Assembly (NCBI RefSeq): GCF_001194135.2 | Contig: NC_068985.1 | Coordinates: 127,244,508 to 127,282,168, forward strand | Reading direction: 5' to 3' | DNA length: 37,661 nucleotides | Origin: Octopus bimaculoides | Lineage: Eukaryota | Shown: positions 1-12,186 of the stretch, piece by piece | Layout of the letters: every line of letters starts with the position of its first letter | Position numbering within the stretch: position 1 is the first letter of the stretch | Translations under genes and position numbers: made by a program | Notes under the pieces: generated by a model | The model's input: the letters and a program-made list of their open reading frames with translations, nothing else | What the model was told of the DNA's origin: nothing | Databases searched by the model: none

Positions 1-202
1 ATGGGATTACCAACAATTATGCTTGTTCAGGCAAACGACCATTACGTCATATTGCTGCTTTTTATGAAGAAATTTTACTTTAAAATTTGATGTACTTTTT
101 GGAGACAATTTCTTTTCATTACAAATCAAGTCTTGAATTACTTTGAAGCATAAACAATTGGTAGAAGCTTTGTTGTAGAGGTCAGAGTATCATGCGTGGT
201 TG
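1..202 (+). repeat. Direct duplicate of 1357-1558
   Basis: Bases 1-202 (atgggattacc...gcgtggttg) are repeated at 1357-1558, and the second copy runs into an N gap. Confidence 0.9.
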
Positions 203-2784
203 CAACAATTAAACATCACCACTTCCATTGTTTCCTTGCTCATGGCAGCACATACAAGTTGCAGTATAGCACAGGAGTAGCCACTATTCTCTGGGTACAT
301 GCATTGTTATATTCTTCATTGACACACTATTGGTGTCTATGCGGCTGCCATGCTGATGTGTATTTTTGTCATTATTATAAGTAGATGCTAAGTTGTTAAA
401 GAAGAAAAAGCAGTCATACTCAATAACAAGATGGTAGCTACCATGTTTGCTGTATGTGTCTACACACATATGTGTGTCATAGCATCAATGGCACTGCACA
501 TATGCATGCATGTATGTATGTATGTATTCATGTATGTATGTATGTATGCATGTATNNNNNNNNNNGTGTCTTTTATGTGCCACCCGCACAAGCCAGTCCA
601 TATATATATATATATGTATATAGTTACACAATTATATATTTATATATATTTTTATAGCCAGTTTGGTTACTGTTTGTGTACCACTACTTTTATATGTTTC
701 CTATTTGGAAATATATAATAAATATATTTTACTTTTGAAGTAGAAATTTATATTGATAAATACATCACTTGTAACTTACTTATAAGTGTTATCATTATAC
801 ATAAATCCTGACTCCAGCTATATAAACGCCATAGCAAGAAATATATACTCTGAAACGCTAATGGACATCTTATGCATGAATGTATGTTGAAGATAAATAA
901 ATTCGTGTTCTTTTAACCGCTATAAAAAAATACACAGTTTCATAACTGCAGAAAAAAATTTTATTAACAAGTTGAAGAACGTGAAGAAAGAGAAAATAAT
1001 TAGTATCTTAGTTTATTTATGTACATTTAGCATTTATAGTACAATTGGAAAGTAAAGCCATTTTGTCGTAGAGAATTATGACTTAAAATTCACACTAGCT
1101 AATCCTTCATACTAACTACTAGAGTTCACAATTCAAATAAGTCTTGTTGGATTTTTATCATTGACATGGCATAAAAAATAGCCAATATCTCAAGGAGTGA
1201 GTGTCGTGGAGTTTAGCCACATCCTACGATCACTGAGTGATTTCCCAAAAATCAGGGTTTTTATAACTGCTCATATCCGAATTCTAAGAACTGTATTTCG
1301 TGAAAGATTTCTTTGACAAAAGTTTAGAATTTGTATATAGGCAGTAATTTTAACCAATGGGATTACCAACAATTATGCTTGTTCAGGCAAACGACCATTA
1401 CGTCATATTGCTGCTTTTTATGAAGAAATTTTACTTTAAAATTTGATGTACTTTTTGGAGACAATTTCTTTTCATTACAAATCAAGTCTTGAATTACTTT
1501 GAAGCATAAACAATTGGTAGAAGCTTTGTTGTAGAGGTCAGAGTATCATGCGTGGTTGNNNNNNNNNNNNNNNNNNNNNNNNNNNNNNNNNNNNNNNNNN
1601 NNNNNNNNNNNNNNNNNNNNNNNNNNNNNNNNNNNNNNNNNNNNNNNNNNNNNNNNNNNNNNNNNNNNNNNNNNNNNNNNNNNNNNNNNNNNNNNNNNNN
1701 NNNNNNNNNNNNNNNNNNNNNNNNNNNNNNNNNNNNNNNNNNNNNNNNNNNNNNNNNNNNNNNNNNNNNNNNNNNNNNNNNNNNNNNNNNNNNNNNNNNN
1801 NNNNNNNNNNNNNNNNNNNNNNNNNNNNNNNNNNNNNNNNNNNNNNNNNNNNNNNNNNNNNNNNNNNNNNNNNNNNNNNNNNNNNNNNCATGTATGTATG
1901 TATGTATTCATGTATGTATGTATGTATGCATGTATGTATCCATGTCAGGTCATTCTCAATGCTACTGGCAACATGTAACCCAGTACAGCTTGTAGCATGG
2001 TCAGGTCATTGGTGACCCTACCAGCCTGTTTCATAAAGAAGGTAGTTTTGTTGGCACCCTGCAGAACAAAAAGCAAAATCTGTCAAAGAGTAGATGAATT
2101 TAAGAGAGTCAATGGCCATGCAACAGTTGGAAGTGAGAAACCCATAGTCTTTGTTTAGACATCTCTCTAGGAGAAGATAAACTCTGATGTAACACCTGTG
2201 ACTTCATTCACATCTAATGATGTAGGCTAGTTTTTTGGTGGGAGGGCAAATGCATATGTCATTTAGAAAGTGAGATTGGCGTTGTGCAAGGCATTTCCTG
2301 ACTATAAAATGGTTACATGCACAGGCATTGTATGATTTGTAACATCTATTTTATGTGTTGCTTACTATGGCTGGTCATAACCAAGAAAGGGCCAAAAACA
2401 AAAATAATTAATGAAAAAATTTCATGATGGAATAAGAGTATGGTAACCTTCTAAACACATCACAACACCTGCTGCAAGAGGTGCCCATCATTGCCACATC
2501 TTTAATGGTGCAAAAGACCCAAGCAAGACTGAAAAGCTACATCCATGTGAGAACCATCAAGCATTGCTCAAAATCAGATTGCAGCCGTCATATATTTATG
2601 TATACATGCATATATATATATATATATAAAACAAGATTTGAGCTGAGAGAAGTAACTCAGAAGGAGTATGGTACATTAATATTTTATTGTGGAAATCAGA
2701 TATATCCACTCAAATTTTCATTACTTAGCAGTTTTATACAAAAATCTATCTTTGTTGAGGTATATCATGTTTGAAACTATTGTT

Positions 2785-2909
2785 TGTTGAGATATGTCAA
2801 GTTTATTGAGGTAATGTGACATACAGAAAATATCAGTTCCATTTTTTGGTAGATATTTAACATCATGACTGGAATAATCATGAAATTAATTTTGTAGTTA
2901 AAGAGTTAA
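2785..2909. mobile_element. piggyBac-like non-autonomous element end (related copy at about 23565-23692)
   Basis: About 120 bp shared with 23565-23692. The copies end in AAAGAGTTAA and AAAGGGTTAA, matching the GGG terminus plus TTAA target site typical of piggyBac. Confidence 0.5.
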
Positions 2910-3097
2910 GAACCATACAAGACAAATTTTTGATTTATTGAAAGTATCATTGGTTTGAGGGAAGGTACACAAACACCTAATGAAAATTGCAATGAACTAT
3001 ATACAAGAAAGGGCAGCGATCTTAGGGAATCAACAATCTCTTGATTGCACATTCCATACATACATGTATGATGAGTGTGTGTGTGTGTGTGTCTGTG

Positions 3098-3332
3098 TTA
3101 TTTCTTTACTACCCACAAGGGGCTACACACAGGGGGGGACAAACAAGGACAGACAAACGGATTAAGTCGATTATACCAACCCCAGTGCGTAACTGGTACT
3201 TATTTAATCGACCCCGAAAGGATGAAAGGCAAAGTCGACCTCGGCGGAATTTGAATTCAGAACGTAATGGCAGACGAAATACCGCTAAGCATTTCGCCCG
3301 GCGTGCTACCGATTCTGCCAGCTCGCCGCCTT
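3098..3332 (-). mobile_element. Full-length tRNA-derived SINE (Meta-like central domain, type A tail)
   Basis: Minus strand reads AAGGCGGCGAGCTGGCAGAA, a box B-like TTCAAATTCC, the central GACTTTGCCTTTCATCCTTTCGGGGTCGAT, and the tail TAGCCCCTTGTGGGTAGTAAAGAAATAA. Many related copies occur in the window. Confidence 0.85.
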
Positions 3333-3399
3333 GTGTGTGTGTGTGTGTGTGTGTATGTGTGTGTACGTGCGCACATGCGCATACATGTGTGTATGCATA

Positions 3400-3874
3400 A
3401 GTGCAGGCATAGCATGATTAAGAAGTTCGCTTTGCTTTCTCATGGCTTCAGGTTTCATTTCTCTGTGCAGCCCCTGGGACAAGTGTCTTCCAGTGCTTTG
3501 TGAGTGGCATTCGTGTATCAAGAAGTTTGCTTTCCACCACATGGTTCTGGGATCAGTCTCACTGCATGGTACCGAGGGTAAGTGTCTTCTACTTTTGCCC
3601 CAGGCCAGCCCACAACCTTTTGTGTGGATTTGGCTGATGCTAACTGAAAAAAAAGACTGTTGAATATGTGTGTGTGTATGTCTCTGTATGTATTTATGTG
3701 TGTGTTTGTATATGTGTATGCATGTGTGTGTGTGTGTGTATTCTTGTCTTAACATCAGGTGATAGTTATAAATGAGTATCATTGTCATACAAGTGGTGTC
3801 GTTCATTTCCAATATTTTGCCTCAAATAAACTCTGTCTGACTCATGCAAACATAGAAAAGTGGATGTTAAATGT

Positions 3875-3875
<1 letters not shown>
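3400..3875 (+). mobile_element. Degenerate CORE-like SINE(s) with internal (TG)n and an RTE-type 3' tail
   Basis: tRNA-like head, AAGTGTCTTCTACT core-like motif present twice, a (TG)n spacer, then AAAAGTGGATGTTAAATG followed by (GAT)n, resembling the RTE 3' ends in this window. Confidence 0.6.
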
Positions 3876-3965
<90 letters not shown>

Positions 3966-4003
3966 GGTGGTGGTGGTGGTTGTGTGTGTGTGTGTGTGTG
4001 TGT
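3876..4003. repeat. Compound microsatellite (GAT)n(GGT)n(GT)n
   Basis: Seen directly. It explains the poly-D/G/H ORFs in the track. Confidence 0.95.
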
Positions 4004-4120
4004 AGCGGGAAAATGTAACTACTCCAATTGTAGCGTGAAGATGTAATGGTTCTCACGTTGGAGATACTAAGTGACGAACACCGAAGAGAAAAGATAATAT
4101 TTACAAATCTATTTGCCAGC

Positions 4121-4232
4121 ATGGTTAGTAAGACAGATGGTTAGTAAGACAGATGGTTAGTAAGACAGATGGTTAGTAAGACAGATGGTTAGTAAGACAG
4201 ATGGTTAGTAAGACAGATGGTTAGTAAGACAG
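4121..4232 (+). repeat. 7 perfect copies of the 16-mer ATGGTTAGTAAGACAG
   Basis: Units counted directly from 4121 to 4232. Confidence 0.95.
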
Positions 4233-4238
4233 ATATTA

Positions 4239-4449
4239 AAGGCAGTGAGCTGGCAGAGACGTTAGCATGCAGGGAGAAATGCTTAGCGGTATTTTGTCTG
4301 TCTTTACGTTCTGAGTTCAAATTCCACTGAGGTCGACTTTGCCTTTTATCCTTTCGGGAGACAATAAATTAAGTACCAGTTGCATACTGGGGTCGATCTA
4401 ATCAACTGGCCTCTTCCCCCAAAATTTCAGGCTTGTGCCTAGAGTAGAA
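4239..4449 (+). mobile_element. tRNA-derived Meta-like SINE, type B tail, with 17-bp TSD
   Basis: Same head and central domain as 3098-3332, tail CCCCAAAATTTCAGGCTTGTGCC. Flanked by TAGTAAGACAGATATTA (4222-4238) and TAGTAAGAGAGATATTA (4450-4466). Confidence 0.85.
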
Positions 4450-4587
4450 TAGTAAGAGAGATATTAGTAATTGTAACCAATTGACAATGACAAAGTTTCT
4501 CCTGCTGGTTGGTAGCTGGTAGTATGGAAACGAGGTCCTACACACACCACACACCACACACACATACGCACACGCACGCACGCACGC

Positions 4588-4629
<42 letters not shown>

Positions 4630-4724
4630 GCACACACATATGACAGAGGACTGAGATATGTGGTGCATTGCTGTACTTGAGAAAACCCACCATTCACAAC
4701 AGAATTGAGATCCTGAAACCAAGG

Positions 4725-4906
4725 TGCCATGTAAAAAGCACCCAGTACACCCTGTAAAATGGTTAGCATTAGGAAGGGCATCCAGCTGTAGAAAACAACC
4801 CAAAACAGACTATTGATTCTGCTGCAACTCATGTCTGTTCTCTGTGAAACCATCCAACTCATGCCAGTATGGGAAACAGACATTAAAAGTCAATGATGAT
4901 GATGAT
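4725..4906 (+). mobile_element. Old RTE-type LINE 3' end
   Basis: TTAGGAAGGGCATCCAGCTGTAGAAA...CATGCCAGTATGG...(GAT)n; diverged copy of the RTE 3' UTR. Confidence 0.7.
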
Positions 4907-4925
4907 GTGTATGTATGTATATATA

Positions 4926-5255
4926 TATCATCATCATCATCATCATCGTTTAACGTCCGCTTTCCATGCTAGCATGGGTTGGACGATTCGACTGAGGACT
5001 GGTGAAACCGGATGGCAACACCAGGCTCCAATCTAATTTGGCAGAGTTTCTACAGCTGGATGCCCTTCCTAACGCCAACCACTCAGAGAGTGTAGTGGGT
5101 GCTTTTACGTGTCACCCGCACGAAAACGGCCACGCTCGAAATGGTGTCTTTTATGTGCCACCCGCACAGGCCAGTCCAAGGGCACTGGCAACGATCTCAC
5201 TCGAAAATCCTATGGGAGCCAGTCAGGCGGTACTGGCAACGGCCACGCTCAAAAT
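4926..5255 (-). mobile_element. Young RTE-type LINE 3' UTR with (GAT)n tail
   Basis: Near-identical to 5744-5908, 12187-12465 and 36189-36420. The last of these is linked across a gap to RTE ORF sequence. Confidence 0.85.
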
Positions 5256-5497
5256 NNNNNNNNNNNNNNNNNNNNNNNNNNNNNNNNNNNNNNNNNNNNN
5301 NNNNNNNNNNNNNNNNNNNNNNNNNNNNNNNNNNNNNNNNNNNNNNNNNNNNNNNNNNNNNNNNNNNNNNNNNNNNNNNNNNNNNNNNNNNNNNNNNNNN
5401 NNNNNNNNNNNNNNNNNNNNNNNNNNNNNNNNNNNNNNNNNNNNNNNNNNNNNNNNNNNNNNNNNNNNNNNNNNNNNNNNNNNNNNNNNNNNNNNNN

Positions 5498-5535
<38 letters not shown>

Positions 5536-5743
5536 TATGTCTGTGTATGTGTGTGTACATGCTTCTGTGCATCTTCACTTTGTCAATGTATGAACAAAAA
5601 CGGTGATATTATTTTAGTCTCTTGTAAACAACATGCCTTATGGATTAATGGTTTTTGTTATTTGTGAAAACAAGTGGAATAAAAGTACTTTACTTGAGAA
5701 ACAAATCAGGTTGATTGCATGAAGAGCATCTGGCCATAGAATA

Positions 5744-5908
5744 TCATCATCATCATCATCATCATCGTTTAACGTCCGCTTTCCATGCTAGCATGGGTTG
5801 GACGATTTGACTGAGGACTGGTGAAACCGGATGGCAACACCAGGCTCCAATCTAATTTGGCAGAGTTTCTACAGCTGGATGCCCTTCCTAACGCCAACCA
5901 CTCAGAGA
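5744..5908 (-). mobile_element. Young RTE-type LINE 3' end, 5'-truncated
   Basis: About one mismatch versus 4926-5090 over roughly 160 bp. Confidence 0.85.
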
Positions 5909-6143
5909 TGTTTTAGTAATTTGTGCCAACATAGAAAACAGCAGATATAAAAAAGGATTATTATTATTATCATTATTATTATTATTATTACAAAGGATAT
6001 CACTGAGCATATATATTCTATCTTTATGTAAAGTATGCCTAGTATTGCATTATGGGGGTTTACCCAAATATTGTTTTAGAACAAGACTAGAAATACTTCC
6101 ATGTATACAACTAATACACACTCCTGTAAACAAATATCTACAT

Positions 6144-6175
<32 letters not shown>

Positions 6176-6349
6176 CACATATACATGCACACACAAACAC
6201 GTACACACACATACATACATGTATGTGTATGTGCATGTATCTATTTATGTACTTACATGTACAATAATTTCTATTTTGCCTCGGGGGCACACATTCATAA
6301 GAAAGATTACGGTCACTTTAGTGCAACTCGGCACTAAGTTTTATTCAAT

Positions 6350-7021
6350 CCTAAGGGGATGAAATACAAAGTTAACCCCCTTACATATGAAAAGCATTTA
6401 TTCATCAAAATACAACCCATTATTTTCTATTGTCTATTGCCACTGTTGTGCCAGAAGCTCAATTCCACACTTACACCATTTGACTGGTTTAGAGGTAAAA
6501 AGTTCACTGCACTCATTTTCCACTCCAGCTATATTGTTGAACCACAGAGGTTCAACAATAACCCATGGCTGGGGAAAGGTGGTAATCTGATGGTGCACAG
6601 TCTGGACTGTAGGTAGGGTGAAGCAGCACTTTCATCCCCTAAAGTTCTTTAAGTTTGCACTTGGGTCACATTGGCAGTGTGTGCTGGGGCATTTTCATGC
6701 TTTGTCTTTGATTGGCCAATGCTGGGTAGTGGGCTTTCAAAATGCTGTATACTCACCGCAGTTGTTGGGCATAAAGATTAGCATTCACGCATGACTGTCT
6801 AGGAAAAACTCAAAGGGCAACACCCTCTCCAAATTCTACCAACACACATGACCTTCCATTCAAATCACCTTTGTTTGACAACAGATTCGTAGGATTATGA
6901 AAATAGATCCATTTTTCATCCCCAATTACAACTAAATGCCAAAAAAAAGGCATCTCAAGAATTTACCAGCAGTTGTTTGCAAATGTTCACACATTACTGA
7001 GCCTCATCATTGATCAATTCA
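6350..7021 (-). mobile_element. Decayed mariner (D,D34D-type) transposase C-terminal half
   Basis: Minus strand shows VNICKQLL then IGDEKWIYF (about 6900-6930), NLYAQQL, and a frameshifted SPYLQSRLCTIRLPPFP region matching the YSPDLAPSDYHLF block, with a TIR-like end near 6350. Confidence 0.75.
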
Positions 7022-7690
7022 TATAATTGTCACTAAATGTGACTAGAGTGTTAAGAAACACCTACATTGTTAGAAATAAGAGCTAAACCACTCTAATGCT
7101 GTAGTTAACGCACATGAATAAAAACATATGCACGGACCATAGTTGTCCAAAAAGCGCCAAACATTTATGGTCTCTGTTAGTGTGTATATTTTCATTCATG
7201 TGTGTTAATTACAGCATTAGAGTGGTTAAGCTCTTATTTCTAGCAATGTAGATGTTTTCTAACACCCTATATACATTTAGTGACACTTATAATTCTCCAG
7301 TTTTGGTGAAACATTTGCTACTGCTATTTATATTAATTTATATATACACATTAGTGAATTGCTAAATCATCCAATAATTTGGATGATGTAAACATAAATA
7401 CTAATGGTGAAGCAAGTCTGAAAAGAATCGAACAATTGGGCAGTCTTAACTGACGAAGCAATGGAAATTGCTGAAACTGACATCAGTATTAAGAATTCTG
7501 AATCAGTACTTTTCAGACAATTGTGGTCCCAGTTAGTGTATATGTTTTCAATCATGTGCATTAACTACAGCATTAGAGCAGTTTAACTCTTATTTCTAGC
7601 AATGTTAGTGTTTCCTAACACCCTAGTCATTTTTAGTGACAATTAAAATTCTCCTTTTTGGTGAAATATTGCAAACTGCTGTTTATATTA
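7022..7690 (+). mobile_element. Penelope-like pLTR complex: one inverted and two direct copies of a 130-160 bp unit around a hammerhead
   Basis: 7175-7340 and 7530-7690 are diverged direct repeats and 7022-7150 is an inverted copy. Upstream of the ribozyme is a short reading NNLDDVNINTNGEASLKRIEQLGSLN*, reminiscent of PLE C-termini (inference). Confidence 0.65.
7444..7494 (+). ncRNA. Type I hammerhead ribozyme
   Basis: TCTTAA / CTGACGA / AGCAAT-GGAA-ATTGCT / GAAA / (A)CTGA-CA-TCAGT / A / TTAAGA. The core is complete, all three stems are Watson-Crick paired, and the cleavage triplet is GUA (cut after 7488). Confidence 0.85.
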
Positions 7691-8839
7691 ATTGCGTGTG
7701 TGTATATATATATTTATATATATATTCATCTCTTTGTAAATGTGCTCAAGCTAATCTGATGTACACATGACTACTGTATACAATAAGTTCATTATTATAA
7801 GTTTCTGTATAGCTACTCACTATAGCTGCTAGAAATAAGAGGTAAATTTCACTCCACCATCTTAAAAATAGCATACATAAGGTAAAATTGTGTTAGATAC
7901 ACTATGCCAACAGAAAATACGAAGAAATGGTTGGATAATCACAGCTGAAAATACTTTGAGAAAAACCATCCCATCCACATTAGAATATCAGATGTAGAAG
8001 GCATTTGTTGGTTAACATACAGTGGGTTAGAGAAGAGTTAAAGCCCATAACCAATTGTTGTTGTCATGTTGTTGTTTTGCACTAGTTAACTGTGATTGAG
8101 ATCTTTGATCAATAGATTTCCAACCATGATCATTCCAGCTATTTGTGTATCTAGAACTATATTATTCAGTGTAAGCTTCCTTTTTCAAGACAAAATATGA
8201 TCTGAAAGTAGATATAGCTGTTATTTCTTGTAGAATGAGTGACCACATAAATGCTCCCTTTATGGCTTGTCCCATAAGTAATTTGACTGTAGGTATATCA
8301 CTGAAGATGTTTTACATGGTTTAATGTGTAAAGTCAGCTTGTTAGCAAGACAAAATCCACTCCTCACTAAACTGTACCCATATTGGAACAGAATTTGGTA
8401 GTTAGTGAGTAGTTCCTAGACAGAGGTCTATGGACACTTGTGGAGTCCACAAAGAAAGTATTAAAGATTCATGTGAGCTGAGTTCAAAATTTGTTGGATA
8501 AACAGATCTTTTAGAAAAAATATGATCCTTGGAAAAATCCATTTATATGCAAAGAGATCCTTGGTAGTGAAATGTTTGGGAACCTTTGCTGTATGCTAAT
8601 GACTCACAGGGTAATTTTACAATGTCACGACTGTTGTTTATTGTGACATACTACTCTGATCTTGTAGTACCCCTATTTACATCTTGATGGACTGGGCTGT
8701 GTGAGGATTTTGTGTCTTGTTAATAGATACAGTGTAGTAGTGTAGAATATAATTGCTGACCTCTCAGCTAATTAATTGTTCACAATTTTATCAACTTACA
8801 AATGATGCCCTCATATAAAAGGTAACAAAATACCAAAGA

Positions 8840-9520
8840 ATGTTGTTCATTGGTTTCCAGATGGATTGTAGGGCATCTGCCCTCATTGCAGGGAAGGCCA
8901 AACAAACTTTGGATTGAAAACATCAACAGTGGCCTGAAACCAACTCAACACTAATGCTGGACTTGTGTCACGCATGATTGAGAAAAATGGAAATATCAAA
9001 ACTCAATGATATCCATCTATTGTCCCAGTGGGATTTTTAACTCTTAATACTCATAGAAGAATGGTGCTAAGTAAATAGTGTAAAGCATTTAGGTATTATG
9101 TGCTGCTATTTCTGCTAATTCATTGCATCATCAGAAAATAAATAAAAATATTGATTGATTGAGTAATTGGTTGAATGAATGTATGAAAGATAGAAAGAAG
9201 GGAAGAAGGAGGGGAAATAGAATTGGATGGAATCCAATAGCAAAGAAGATAATATATTCTCTTGAGCTAGACAGTATCATTTATTATGAACTTAAAACAT
9301 TCTAATGCCATTAATCCTCAAGAGATTAGGAATGGCAGCAGCCAGAAAATAAGAATGAAACTAAATAAATAACAGAAACAAAAATCAAAATAGAGAGTTA
9401 ATTCAATATTCATAGTTATGCATGCAAATGATCTGTTTGGAATGTACAAAGTTAATTTACAAGATAAAGCTAAGTGCAAGTGAACAGAGAATGAGGCTGG
9501 GTATGAAAACACATTTGCTG

Positions 9521-9564
<44 letters not shown>

Positions 9565-9750
9565 GAAATGCAGTTGCATTGTTAGGGACATGTAATAAAA
9601 ATGTATAATACATGTTGGAGGAGAAATAATTGAATTAAACTGACAGTTGGTGGTACTTATATTGACGGTGTCAAAAACAGAACCCTACAAATGAATAAGG
9701 ACAAGTGATGAGATTATATGTGATTAAACTGGGTCTCATGGAGAAGTTGT
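8840..9750 (+). mobile_element. Very old RTE-like ORF2 fragments
   Basis: Remnants such as GRPNKLWIENI (about 8890-8925) and GMAAA (about 9330), heavily disrupted. Confidence 0.35.
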
Positions 9751-10469
9751 ACCAGGATCAAATAAAGCTGTAGTATAGAGGGAAAGAGGAGCTAGGTAGT
9801 AAACTGACATGATGGTTAGAATATCAGATGAAATTCCTTATGGTATTTATTGCAACTCTTCCAGGTCAACTTTCATCTTCTCAGGGTTGATAAAAAAAGT
9901 ACCACAGGAAGATGGATGGAACTGTAAAAACATTGGACTGAACGCCTTGTAGTATTTGTTTTGGCTTCTTGGATTCTGAGTTCAAATAATGTTATGGCTG
10001 TCTTGGATTGCCATCCTCATCCTCATCCTCATCACCGTCATTTAATGTCTATGTTTTCTATGTTTGGATGGGTTGAATGGAGTATGTTAAGGCAAATTTT
10101 CTATGGTTGTATGCTCTTCCTGTTGCCAACCATCACATGTTTCTAAGTAAGGTAAAGGTAATATTTCCCCGAGACCCGTCGTATCTCAGAAGACGGAAAA
10201 TGATGTTCAGTGCATGCTTGGTTGTGACACTTACTTATGACTCTCAAATGATGTCAAGACAAGGAGACAGTAACACACACTTATGCACACACACACACAC
10301 ACACACGTGTGCATACACACACACACATACACGTGAGCACACACACATACACACACATGTACACACATACACACACATGCACATACATGCACACACATAC
10401 ACTCACACATGCACACACACATACACACACATGTGCATGCACACACACACGCACACATGTACATAAATA

Positions 10470-11358
10470 CAGTGTTTGGGATCAATTTTAACAATTTTTT
10501 AAATGTCTCCTTTTTCAGAAATAGCTTAATGTATTGGTGAACTGTTGGCAGTGTTGGTGAGCATAAGGATAAAGTTGTAGTTGAAAATAAAAGTTAGCTG
10601 ACCTGGAGGACTGGAAGCCATCTGAATATTGGAAAGCAATTACCTGTATCATGATGTTTTGCACCAAGTATCAAAATGCCAGCATTATGACTGCTGCTCA
10701 ATGCTCTGTGAACACTGTAAAGGCTGTAAACATGACATGGACAGCTACAATGGAGATGTCAAAGCCATGGCCAGCAGGAAGGGACACAGCAAGTGTTCTG
10801 ACTGCATGTGTGCATAGGAATTCATCCCCACATCTTTGAACAGGGCCTTAAGATCAATTCAGACAGCCATGTGAAGATGCTGGAGATTATAGCCAATCCC
10901 TGGCTGGAAAGAGTTGCTGCTGGGAATCCATGTGTGATAGCAGTATTCAGCTCTTTGTCATACTTCTAGAAGAAGTCAGAAGTGTTTGTTAGAGAACTTC
11001 TACAACTGCATCAGCCTTAATTTCTGGCCTTCTAATTCTCCTGATTGTATTCCCATATATAACAATGTGCAAGGCATGGAGAAAGACACTAACTGCTCTG
11101 CCTGCAACACCAAGCTGGTGGCCAAGATCAAGGAGGTGTTCAAAGATCTTCCCTGAGCCACAATGGGCAATGCATGCACCAGGGTCTGAAGCTGTCTTGA
11201 GGCTGTGGTTGAAACTGAGGGCAGCTACTTTGAGTAAACTGTAATCTCACAGCTGTAACCTATTTGGTATTTTTGGACTTTTAAGTGCTTCTATTTTTGG
11301 ATAGGACATTGTTTCTTTTCATATTACACAAACTGTTAAATTTAGCCCAAACAACCTG
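10470..11358 (+). mobile_element. Internally deleted Tc1-like DNA transposon
   Basis: TA-flanked imperfect TIRs: CAGTGTTTGGGATCAATTTTAACA and TGTTAAATTTAGCCCAAACAACCTG. N-terminal HTH remnant AAQCSVNTVKAV and C-terminal remnant KIKEVFKDLP...LEAVVETEGSYFE*. Confidence 0.8.
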
Positions 11359-11529
11359 TACATATGTATGTATATATGTACGTATGTATGTATGTATGTA
11401 TGTATGTATGTATGTATGTATGTATGTATATATATATATGTATGTATTATGTGTGTATATGTATGTATGCATCCATGCATGTATCTATCTATCTATCTAT
11501 CTATCCAGCTATCCACACACACACACACA

Positions 11530-11574
<45 letters not shown>

Positions 11575-11583
11575 GCATACATG

Positions 11584-11635
<52 letters not shown>

Positions 11636-12186
11636 NNNNNNNNNNNNNNNNNNNNNNNNNNNNNNNNNNNNNNNNNNNNNNNNNNNNNNNNNNNNNNNNN
11701 NNNNNNNNNNNNNNNNNNNNNNNNNNNNNNNNNNNNNNNNNNNNNNNNNNNNNNNNNNNNNNNNNNNNNNNNNNNNNNNNNNNNNNNNNNNNNNNNNNNN
11801 NNNNNNNNNNNNNNNNNNNNNNNNNNNNNNNNNNNNNNNNNNNNNNNNNNNNNNNNNNNNNNNNNNNNNNNNNNNNNNNNNNNNNNNNNNNNNNNNNNNN
11901 NNNNNNNNNNNNNNNNNNNNNNNNNNNNNNNNNNNNNNNNNNNNNNNNNNNNNNNNNNNNNNNNNNNNNNNNNNNNNNNNNNNNNNNNNNNNNNNNNNNN
12001 NNNNNNNNNNNNNNNNNNNNNNNNNNNNNNNNNNNNNNNNNNNNNNNNNNNNNNNNNNNNNNNNNNNNNNNNNNNNNNNNNNNNNNNNNNNNNNNNNNNN
12101 NNNNNNNNNNNNNNNNNNNNNNNNNNNNNNNNNNNNNNNNNNNNNNNNNNNNNNNNNNNNNNNNNNNNNNNNNNATATAAATATAT

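Noticed and set aside
4121-4232. Possible CRISPR-like array
   Set aside because: No spacers, eukaryotic context and no cas genes; it is a simple tandem repeat.
4991-5015. CTGAGGA...GAAA motif in the RTE 3' UTR antisense strand (all young copies)
   Set aside because: Only 5 unpaired nt lie between the core halves, so there is no stem II.
9095-9134. Minus-strand CTGATGA-TGC..GCA-GAAA hammerhead-like core
   Set aside because: Stems I and III cannot be formed around any NUH site; probably chance.
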